Origin: Candidatus Paceibacter sp.
Lineage (GTDB): Bacteria; Patescibacteriota; Minisyncoccia; UBA6257; HR35
DNA length: 33,322 nucleotides
Direction of reading: 5' to 3'
Assembly: GCA_023255765.1 (NCBI GenBank)
Contig: JAGDVT010000033.1
Coordinates: 1 to 33,322 of the forward strand
Of the stretch, positions 1-7,589 are shown one piece after another (within the stretch, counting starts at the first letter, position 1; each line of letters starts with the position of its first letter). The notes beneath the pieces are model-generated. The model saw only the letters and a list, made by a program, of their open reading frames with translations, had not been told where the DNA came from and did no database searches. The position numbers were made by a program, and so were the translations under genes.

Positions 1-292
1 ATAAAATCAATCTAGCTGAAAATATATAAGGATTTATCCAATATAGAACAACTCCAGAAATAAATATTATTACTAACCCTATTATAGCATTTTTCATTCT
101 GTTTTTGCCCTGCATTTTAACATCAGGAATTGTAGAAAGCAGGTTTTCAAATGCACCAAATAAAAAAACAAAAAATGCAACTAAAACAGCTATAGCAACC
201 AAAAAATTATATATACCCTGAAGGCAACTTTGTAATGTTTTATCTATTCCGCAGTATTCTGACAAAAAATTAATAAAAAAACCTTGATCCAT
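1..292 (-). CDS. VirB2/TrbC-like T4SS pilin candidate (small two-helix hairpin membrane protein); 3' end runs off the window
   Basis: Absent from the ORF track because it is open to the window edge. My translation of the minus strand from the ATG at 292-290 gives MDQGFFINFLSEYCGIDKTLQSCLQGIYNFLVAIAVLVAFFVFLFGAFENLLSTIPDVKMQGKNRMKNAIIGLVIIFISGVVLYWINPYIFSARLIL, with no stop before position 2. It has two hydrophobic helices separated by a short charged loop. Its start overlaps the TAA of the upstream ORF (TAATG). Confidence 0.45.
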   Translation of the reverse strand, partial: MDQGFFINFLSEYCGIDKTLQSCLQGIYNFLVAIAVLVAFFVFLFGAFENLLSTIPDVKMQGKNRMKNAIIGLVIIFISGVVLYWINPYIFSARLIL

Positions 293-897
293 TATTGGCT
301 AAAGATTATTTTATCTGAAGCAAATTCATTGCTATCTAAATTGTTAACAAATAATTGAATTTCAGTTTCTTCATTAATATCAGAAGGATCGAGCATTATA
401 GCAGAATAATATTTGCCTTTTACTTTCCATGTATAAGAAAGATTATTTGATGAGAAGTTAAATATTAAAGGAAACAATTTTTCTCCTGGATTATATTTGG
501 TGAATGGCAAAACAACATTTAAATTTTCTAGATATCTAACAATAGAAACGCGAGGCTTAGCTTTTATATTAAAAGTAAAATTATAACTCTTGAAAAAACT
601 GTTATCATTAGGATAAATTTTGACTTTTCCCATAAAATTTCTTTCTTTAGGAGTAAAAACTAATAAAGGTTTGGATGTTTTAAATTCTTCAAAATTTGCG
701 GAGTAATTGATTATCCATTCATAATTTAATTCATCTAAATTATATTTTTTATTTTTGTTAATAATATAACCTTCTATTGCAACCAAATATAAATCGCTTC
801 TTTTGTCAAAAGAAAAATAAACAGAGTCATTTTCAGCAAGGGCAAATTTAGATATTAATAAAAATAATATTGTTAAAATAATAAAAAGTCTATACAT
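292..897 (-). CDS. Hypothetical exported or signal-anchored protein, 201 aa, in the T4SS-like operon
   Basis: The N-terminal hydrophobic segment MYRLFIILTILFLLISKFALA is followed by a beta-rich, N/K/F/Y-rich domain. It is co-directional and tightly packed with the VirB4-like genes. No motif recognised. Confidence 0.6.
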   Translation of the reverse strand: MYRLFIILTILFLLISKFALAENDSVYFSFDKRSDLYLVAIEGYIINKNKKYNLDELNYEWIINYSANFEEFKTSKPLLVFTPKERNFMGKVKIYPNDNSFFKSYNFTFNIKAKPRVSIVRYLENLNVVLPFTKYNPGEKLFPLIFNFSSNNLSYTWKVKGKYYSAIMLDPSDINEETEIQLFVNNLDSNEFASDKIIFSQ

Positions 898-928
898 TAA
901 TTAAAATATTATAAAATAACATTAATTT

Positions 929-1453
929 TTAAGACTCTTCTTTCTCCTCCTCTTCTTTTTCTTCCTGCCCCTTTTTCTTGATTGCTTTTCTAACTTTCCA
1001 TAATCTTGCTACTCTATATCTACTAACAAAAGAAGCTATAGTTTTTAAAGGAAGAGAATCTGATATTTGCGCTATTGGTATAAAAGTTACAACTAATTCA
1101 TAGCCTACAATTAATAAATATAAAGCACCCTCTAATAAACCTAAGACCTCGGTTTTTATATAATAATGAATTAAATAAGCAAATATAATAAGCCCTGGTA
1201 TTTCAAAAAAAAGTGTAATATAAGGAAGAAAAAACAAAGTTCCACCTGTGGCAAGAGTTATTAAATTAAAAATAATTTCAAGTCCATCAGCAATAACTAA
1301 TAATAAGATAGAGCCCCACCATAATATTGTAATTCCTATACTATCTTCTGTCTCTTTATATTCTCCTTTTTCTTTTTTTTCAGCTTCTTTTTCAATTTCT
1401 TCTTCAAGTCTTTTTTTAGCATAGGAGATTACTTTTTCTTTTATAACTTTCAT
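929..1453 (-). CDS. Hypothetical polytopic membrane protein, 174 aa, with charged K/E-rich N- and C-terminal tails
   Basis: About four hydrophobic helices sit between a K/E-rich N-terminus and the C-terminal tail KKKGQEEKEEEEKEES. ATGA overlap with the upstream VirB4-like ORF at 1450-1453. Confidence 0.6.
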   Translation of the reverse strand: MKVIKEKVISYAKKRLEEEIEKEAEKKEKGEYKETEDSIGITILWWGSILLLVIADGLEIIFNLITLATGGTLFFLPYITLFFEIPGLIIFAYLIHYYIKTEVLGLLEGALYLLIVGYELVVTFIPIAQISDSLPLKTIASFVSRYRVARLWKVRKAIKKKGQEEKEEEEKEES

Positions 1454-3246
1454 TGAACTTTTTTAGCTGCTTCTCTTACAGCTATTAATTGTTCTAAGCT
1501 TGCTTTTATTATTTGATCTTCTGCGTAAGATCCTAAAACATATAATGGGATTCTTTTAAGTCCTGCAATTAAAATGCCCCTACCCCTTTCTGCTTGTATT
1601 AAAAATCTCTTTTCTCCTTCTGATAATGCAAAAACTTGACCAACTAAATCTATAGTAGCAGGTGATTGTTTCATTAAAAATACTAATGCTGAATTAGTTA
1701 TAATCGGTTTACCATATGGTGAATTCAAAAAATCTTCTGCATCTTGAGTGATAGTTGTTATACCAAGAAGATATTTTCTACCCCTTTTAATTGCATTAAG
1801 CAAAAAATTAGCGCCTGACTCATTTTTCATAATCCACCAGGCTTCATCTATTATTAAAACCCTCCTTTTTCTAATTCTTCTGACCTTATTCATTAAATCA
1901 TTTAAAACCATATACATTCCTATAGGCCTTAATTCTTCTACTAAATCTCTAAAACCAAAAACCACAATTCTTTTATTTATATCCACATTTGTAGGTTGAT
2001 TTATAAATCCACTAAAATTACCTTGGGTAAATGGATATAACTTTTCAGCAATTTTTTTGCCACCTTCTATACTTAATAGAACTTTCTCAAAATCATTTAA
2101 GGTAGGAAAAATCTCTACCTTAGAAAAATCCATATTAGGTAAAATATTAAAAGATGCATAAGTTTGATGGATTGCTCTATCAACAACAGTTAATTCTTCT
2201 GCATTAAATTTTTCTCCTATGATTACTTCTAACAATCCTATAATATCACTAACTTTTTCTTTGTAAACATCTTCTGGATTTTCTCCTTCTAATACAGGTG
2301 GTAAATCAAAAGGATTTATATGATACTCTGATCTTAAAGATATGGGTATAAAAGAACCACCATATATTTCTGCTATAGATCGGTATTCATTTTCTGGATC
2401 TAATACTATCACATCTTGCCCTAACATTAAATTTCTCATAATTTCGATTTTTGCAGTATAACTTTTACCTGAACCTGATCTTGCAATAATTACCATGTGC
2501 GCATTTTCAAAAGCAAATCTATCTAACAAAACTAAAGAATTGTCTTGCAAATTTATACCTAATAATACTCCTTTGTCCATAGAAAGTTCAGAAGATATGA
2601 AAGGGAAAAAAGAACTTGCAGCAGAAGAATTCATTGTATAATGAACATTTAAATAATCTTTACATAAAGGTAAATTAGATAAAAATGCATTTTCTTGCTC
2701 CAAAATAACAGGCTTAGCTATAATTAAACTACTTTCTAATAATTTAATAATTTGATGTTCTCTAACAAGCAAATCATCTTTATTTTCACCAAATATAGTT
2801 AGATATAATCCTACATTTAAAACTTTTTCTGTGCCTTGTATAATTGCCTCTTTTAATTCTTCTATATCTTTTAAAGCGGTTTCTAGCCTAGGATCTCTTG
2901 GTAGTCCTTTTTCTTCTATCTCGTATATTTGACTTTCAATTCTTAAAGATTGTTTATTTAGCTGCTTCAAAAATACGCCTGGATCCCTTGGGATAAAAAA
3001 TATTGAAAGATTAAATGGTTCTGGTAAAGATAAAATATTTTCTAACCAGCCTGCAAACAAATATCTCGGATAAGTTATTACTATTATATTTTTGCCATAT
3101 ATCTCCCCTATTTGAAAATCAGATATATTAAAAATGACAGCAGGAGGAGCAATAATACTTTTTATATGCTCAAATCCTTTTTTTTCTTCTATAACAGGAA
3201 CCCCTACTTTTTCTTCTTTTTTAAAAAATGGTAATCTTATTTTCAT
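1450..3246 (-). CDS. virB4: VirB4/TraC-like T4SS ATPase, ATPase-containing portion
   Basis: 598 aa. Walker A in IIARSGSGKSYT, Walker B in RVLIIDEAWW, and a downstream ITTITQDAEDF motif. The upstream segment YPRYLFAGWLENIL is typical of Gram-positive-type VirB4 proteins. It directly follows a VirB3-like gene. Confidence 0.85.
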   Translation of the reverse strand: MKIRLPFFKKEEKVGVPVIEEKKGFEHIKSIIAPPAVIFNISDFQIGEIYGKNIIVITYPRYLFAGWLENILSLPEPFNLSIFFIPRDPGVFLKQLNKQSLRIESQIYEIEEKGLPRDPRLETALKDIEELKEAIIQGTEKVLNVGLYLTIFGENKDDLLVREHQIIKLLESSLIIAKPVILEQENAFLSNLPLCKDYLNVHYTMNSSAASSFFPFISSELSMDKGVLLGINLQDNSLVLLDRFAFENAHMVIIARSGSGKSYTAKIEIMRNLMLGQDVIVLDPENEYRSIAEIYGGSFIPISLRSEYHINPFDLPPVLEGENPEDVYKEKVSDIIGLLEVIIGEKFNAEELTVVDRAIHQTYASFNILPNMDFSKVEIFPTLNDFEKVLLSIEGGKKIAEKLYPFTQGNFSGFINQPTNVDINKRIVVFGFRDLVEELRPIGMYMVLNDLMNKVRRIRKRRVLIIDEAWWIMKNESGANFLLNAIKRGRKYLLGITTITQDAEDFLNSPYGKPIITNSALVFLMKQSPATIDLVGQVFALSEGEKRFLIQAERGRGILIAGLKRIPLYVLGSYAEDQIIKASLEQLIAVREAAKKVQ

Positions 3247-3872
3247 TCTTCTATTGTTTGCATTAATTCTTCAAATAGTTTTATAGGAGCCATACCCCAC
3301 CTTGGATTAGGATTATAAAGTTCATAAAAAAGTTGTATTATTTCTGCATTCTTTAATCTTATAGGTTGAAGCCCTAATGCCGCAAACTTTTCTGTTATAT
3401 ATATAACCCTTGTCTCAAGTTGTTCTAATTGTTGATAAAACTCTTCTTCTTTTTTATACTCTTTTTTAAAAAATCCACCTATTTTTATTGCTTCAGTCTC
3501 ATAAGGTATTACAATATAAAACAATTTCTTCATAATTTTATGTGTTTGTATATAATCTTGAATAAATTTAATATACTCTTCTAGTTGTATTTTAATTAAG
3601 GGCTCTGTTTCTTGTTCTAATCTTTCTTTTAAATAATTAACATACCCCTCAATATAAGCTAATCTTGAAACTACAAATATTTGAAGATTAAAATCTAACC
3701 CATCTAACAATTCCTTAAACAAACCTACAACTGCCTCCTTTTCTTGTTCAGAAAGCAAAGAAAAATTAATACCCGGAACAGCCAAAATAGCCCTTAATCC
3801 ACCATCTTCAGTTATTATTACATCATTTTTAACGTCCTTAATTTTAATCAAATATGATGTACTTTTTACCAT
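3243..3872 (-). CDS. VirB4 N-terminal-domain-like protein encoded as a separate ORF
   Basis: 209 aa. The N-terminus IKDVKNDVIITEDGGLRAILAVPGINFSLLSEQEKEAVVGLFKELLDGL resembles the start of full-length Gram-positive VirB4 homologues. Its TGA stop overlaps the ATG of the ATPase ORF (ATGA at 3243-3246). Confidence 0.55.
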   Translation of the reverse strand: MVKSTSYLIKIKDVKNDVIITEDGGLRAILAVPGINFSLLSEQEKEAVVGLFKELLDGLDFNLQIFVVSRLAYIEGYVNYLKERLEQETEPLIKIQLEEYIKFIQDYIQTHKIMKKLFYIVIPYETEAIKIGGFFKKEYKKEEEFYQQLEQLETRVIYITEKFAALGLQPIRLKNAEIIQLFYELYNPNPRWGMAPIKLFEELMQTIEE

Positions 3873-4384
3873 GATCTTTTAGGAAATTTTGGGATAGGAA
3901 AATTAATATAAGGATCATATGGATTATATCCATGTTTATGAGCTGTTTTTATATACTCTGAAATCGGATTTTTTATAACAATTTCCTCGCCCTCTTTTTT
4001 ATATTCCTCTTTTATTTTTTTAGGTTCAATTTCTTCTTCTAAAAGCTCAATATATTTTTCAACAGTAGGCATATTTATATATTTAGTAGTAATTTTAACT
4101 TCTTCTCTCCAAAGATATTTTTTTGTTGAAAATAAAGATATTAATAATGTAGGAATATAATTTAAAATAGGCTTGTTGTTAATTTTACCCCAACCCAATA
4201 AACCTGCTAAAAATATTACAAAAATAGTTATTAAAAGAGCAAACAAAGATGGCAAAATCTTAAAAGCAGCAAAAGAAATTAGAAAAGCTAAAAAAGCTAA
4301 AATTAATTGAGCATATGTAAAAGAACCTATCCACAAATATAATCTATCCTCTATATTTATATATTGTGGTACATTGAACCGCAT
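3866..4384 (-). CDS. PrgI/VirB3-like small membrane protein
   Basis: 172 aa. The N-terminus MRFNVPQYINIEDRLYLWIGSFTYAQLILAFLA is followed by two hydrophobic helices, the pattern of PrgI-family (VirB3-like) proteins. It sits immediately upstream of VirB4, which is the conserved VirB3-VirB4 order. Confidence 0.55.
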   Translation of the reverse strand: MRFNVPQYINIEDRLYLWIGSFTYAQLILAFLAFLISFAAFKILPSLFALLITIFVIFLAGLLGWGKINNKPILNYIPTLLISLFSTKKYLWREEVKITTKYINMPTVEKYIELLEEEIEPKKIKEEYKKEGEEIVIKNPISEYIKTAHKHGYNPYDPYINFPIPKFPKRSW

Positions 4385-4392
4385 TAAAATAA

Positions 4393-5049
4393 TTATAAAT
4401 TAGAAAGGTCTATAACGCCCTCTTCTTTTTTATTTTCTTCCTTTTGCTTTTTAATGATAACAACTCCTGAACCTTCTATTTCTTTAGGCTTTGGTGGAGA
4501 CCAAGAAATAGTTTGATTTATATCTACTACTTTTTTGGGAATTTCTGTTTTAATTGGCTGAGTTTTAGACAAATCTATAGCTTCTTCTTTCTTTTTCTCG
4601 ATTTCTGCGAACTCTTTTTTAGGAGGGATTATTTTTTGTAAATTTAAAACTTTTGTTGAGGGTTGTCTTTCTTTTACCTTTTTAATTATATCTACTAATT
4701 CTTTTGGTGCTTCTTTAATAATTTTTTCTTCTTTTTCAGCTTTTTTTTGTATGCTTTGCCAAATATTGTTTACTAGAGGCAAAAATTTTGTTTTTATATG
4801 ATAAGCTAATGCTGCAGAGTTTTCATCATTAAGCCCCAATCTTTCCTTTATAATTGTTTTTAAATCTGCATTTTCATCAATTAATTTAATAGACAAATCT
4901 TGAAGTAAATATATAAATTCAGTTTCTTGCTCTTCATTTAACTCGAATTTTTTAGTATATTCATCTAAAAATGAGTAAAAATCATCAGAATACAAAAATC
5001 CTCGTATTTCTAAAGGAGCTTCATATAATGCCTCCAAAAATGTTTTCAT
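4393..5049 (-). CDS. Hypothetical soluble K/E/P-rich protein, 218 aa
   Basis: No hydrophobic segment. A helical N-terminal half is followed by a low-complexity K/E/P-rich C-terminal half. A repeated EE-x-IDLS motif is present (EEAIDLSKT and EEGVIDLSNL at the C-terminus). Confidence 0.5.
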   Translation of the reverse strand: MKTFLEALYEAPLEIRGFLYSDDFYSFLDEYTKKFELNEEQETEFIYLLQDLSIKLIDENADLKTIIKERLGLNDENSAALAYHIKTKFLPLVNNIWQSIQKKAEKEEKIIKEAPKELVDIIKKVKERQPSTKVLNLQKIIPPKKEFAEIEKKKEEAIDLSKTQPIKTEIPKKVVDINQTISWSPPKPKEIEGSGVVIIKKQKEENKKEEGVIDLSNL

Positions 5050-5069
5050 TAATTAAATTATAAAATAAA

Positions 5070-7589
5070 CTATGGTCCTTGTTGCTGCTGTGAAGATTGC
5101 TGTTGTGTTTGAGTTGCTGTTCTTATAGGTTCAAAAGATACTCCTGTTGGTCTTTCAAATATGCTTGCTAAATTTTGTAAAATTATTTGTATTTGTTGTT
5201 GATTTTGATTTATGTTTTGTTGAAGGGCACCTGCAATACCTTGAAGTTGATTTTGTTTCTTTCGTAAATCCTTTAATTGTTGCTCTTGTCTATAAAGTTC
5301 TAATAGCTGTTTTAAGTTGTTTGCAATAGTTTGTGATCTATAATCCTTCACAGGTTCAAAAATACTAATAGCATAATCCAGATTCTCTTCTAATGTTTTA
5401 CTATCGTCGTAATGACCCACACTACGACCTTTAAGATAATTCCTAATCGCTTCTTCTAAGTCTTCACCTGTTTGAATCCCCAATCCTTGTCTTGTTTGTG
5501 CAATCTGGTTCTCTAATTGTCGTATAGTGTTACTAATGGTAGTAATTTGATCTTGTATAGAAGTCGTAATTTGAGGTATTAATCTTTGTTCCAAATCCCC
5601 TCCCCACTCCCTTAACGTCCCTGCATTAATTTTCCCTCCCGAATATTGTCCAGTTAAATTATCTAAAATTTGTTTTCTTAAAGTTGGGTCTGTAATTCCA
5701 GCAAGATCTAAAATGCTGCTTACACCACTTTCGAATGCACGATAAGTTCCTGTCCCCTTTATTATACCTTGATATTGTGCCAAAACATCAGGAGCATTTT
5801 GACTTAACCAAGCTAAATTTTCTGGGTGAGCAAAAAATCTTCTTTGATCATCTCTATCCAAAAAAAACGGCAATGATTGTGCTAAACTTTTAATTTCATC
5901 TTGTTGGTACCCTAATCTATTTAAAACCTCATTTAGATCCCTTAAATTCACATCCCTCCATTGTAATCTTTGTGCTAAAATAGGCAGAGCTCTTCCTGCT
6001 TGGCTTTTATCAGTTAACATTGTTAAAGCACAATTTAATTTACTAGCACATAAGTTTTTAATTACAGCTTTATCTAATTTAGCCAAATCTAAATTTGATG
6101 CTAATTTTAATATTTGATCTGCAGTTAATTCTTGACCAGCTCTTTTTGCTAATTCTTTTTGCAAAGGCCCTTTATACCTGCTAAGTTCTCTAGCAATTTC
6201 TTCTGGTGATTTATCTTTAATTTGATTCCATATAGCTTTTGCTTCTTCACTTGCACGTTCTCTTGTTGGTTTCTGTATAGATTCTGCTAAATCTTGGACT
6301 CTTAAACCTAACCTTCTTAATGGACTAAATGGTGACTTGGTTAATATATCACCAACCTTACTTAAACCGCCACCCATTCTATCAAGCGCAGGAGAAGCAA
6401 GCCATCTTCCTGCTCCTGCTGCAGCTAATCCAGCTGCCATCCATAACCTTCCTCCTAGTCTATAAGCATAATCTCCAAATACCCAGCCTAATTTGGTTGC
6501 AAGAATTAAAACAAAAATAAAATAAGCGCCAATAAAAGCAAACTTTAAAATTAAAGCGATTATTATCGCAAAATCAGTTAACAAACTTCCAGGTCCCATA
6601 GTTTTTGTAAGATCGCCATAACTTAAAAATATATTTGCTATTTCTTGTTCACGTAAGGCGCCTGTATTTGTTGCAATTAATGAAATTCCTATTAAAATCA
6701 ATGGTATTAAAATTAAGATATTGACGTTCCAATTAATAAAAAATTTCCACCAATTATCCCAATGTCTTTTATACCAAGGAGTGACATATGCAATACAGAC
6801 TAATGGTAAAATTCCAACTAAAAATGATATTATTAAGAATCTTCCAATAGAAATACCAGCAAAAACCCACATAATTAAAGAATAGACAACATTTAATACA
6901 TTAGCCAAAAGTCTGCCAGATAATATATAAGCAGCTTTAATATTATGAACACTTCCGCCTTCTTTTTCAGCCATTTGTTCAGCTATTTGTTGTGCCATTG
7001 CCTCTATTTTTTTAGAAATTTCGCTGGGGGGTACAAAAGACAAGGCTGCATATAATAAATTCCCAAACTCAGAAAACTCAGTATTTTTTAAATTTTTTTG
7101 TAGTCCTGCTGATTGTAATATTCCTATTTGTAAATACCATATTGCTGTAAAAATTTCTTTTGCTAATATAAAAGTAAAATTAATTAAAAATGCAATTAAA
7201 ATAATACCAAAAACCATTTTTCTTGCATCATCATCCCTTCCTATAATCCATTCAAACCCTGCTATTAAGGCTAAGAACACCAATGAAACATAAGAGATAT
7301 TTTTGAAAAATTCCCATAATATAGAAGCAAATCCATACTGCCCAAAAGGATTTAAAGAAATGAAAACATTAACTACAATAGCTGCGATTTGAGATAATTG
7401 TTTAAATAAAAAATCCGTAGCATAAAGTGCTATCCCTGCAATAAAATTTAAAAGATCTAAAACAATTCCTGTAATGCCTCCGTGCCTAAAATATTCAATT
7501 ATACCTATTACTACACCACCTAATGCCAACCCAATACCTATAGCAGCTAAAACCGTTATACCCTTATTTTTAAAATTTCTCTTACTCAT
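5070..7589 (-). CDS. VirB6/TrbL-like polytopic membrane protein with a long soluble C-terminal extension and Gln-rich tail
   Basis: 839 aa. Roughly the first 400 aa contain many hydrophobic helices. The remaining approximately 440 aa are soluble and partly coiled-coil, ending in QQNINQNQQQIQ...QTQQQSSQQQQGP. It lies upstream of the VirB3-like and VirB4-like genes, as prgH does before prgI and prgJ. Assignment rests on topology and synteny, not on a recognised motif. Confidence 0.5.
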   Translation of the reverse strand: MSKRNFKNKGITVLAAIGIGLALGGVVIGIIEYFRHGGITGIVLDLLNFIAGIALYATDFLFKQLSQIAAIVVNVFISLNPFGQYGFASILWEFFKNISYVSLVFLALIAGFEWIIGRDDDARKMVFGIILIAFLINFTFILAKEIFTAIWYLQIGILQSAGLQKNLKNTEFSEFGNLLYAALSFVPPSEISKKIEAMAQQIAEQMAEKEGGSVHNIKAAYILSGRLLANVLNVVYSLIMWVFAGISIGRFLIISFLVGILPLVCIAYVTPWYKRHWDNWWKFFINWNVNILILIPLILIGISLIATNTGALREQEIANIFLSYGDLTKTMGPGSLLTDFAIIIALILKFAFIGAYFIFVLILATKLGWVFGDYAYRLGGRLWMAAGLAAAGAGRWLASPALDRMGGGLSKVGDILTKSPFSPLRRLGLRVQDLAESIQKPTRERASEEAKAIWNQIKDKSPEEIARELSRYKGPLQKELAKRAGQELTADQILKLASNLDLAKLDKAVIKNLCASKLNCALTMLTDKSQAGRALPILAQRLQWRDVNLRDLNEVLNRLGYQQDEIKSLAQSLPFFLDRDDQRRFFAHPENLAWLSQNAPDVLAQYQGIIKGTGTYRAFESGVSSILDLAGITDPTLRKQILDNLTGQYSGGKINAGTLREWGGDLEQRLIPQITTSIQDQITTISNTIRQLENQIAQTRQGLGIQTGEDLEEAIRNYLKGRSVGHYDDSKTLEENLDYAISIFEPVKDYRSQTIANNLKQLLELYRQEQQLKDLRKKQNQLQGIAGALQQNINQNQQQIQIILQNLASIFERPTGVSFEPIRTATQTQQQSSQQQQGP

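Noticed and set aside
1748-1999. 83-aa plus-strand ORF inside the VirB4-like gene. Similar antisense ORFs occur at 5147-5329, 6329-6520, 9303-9488, 10344-10718 and 10621-10833.
   Set aside because: Each lies entirely within a long, well-supported minus-strand gene. Their low-complexity L/I/F/S-rich translations are typical of shadow frames in AT-rich DNA, and no motifs are present.
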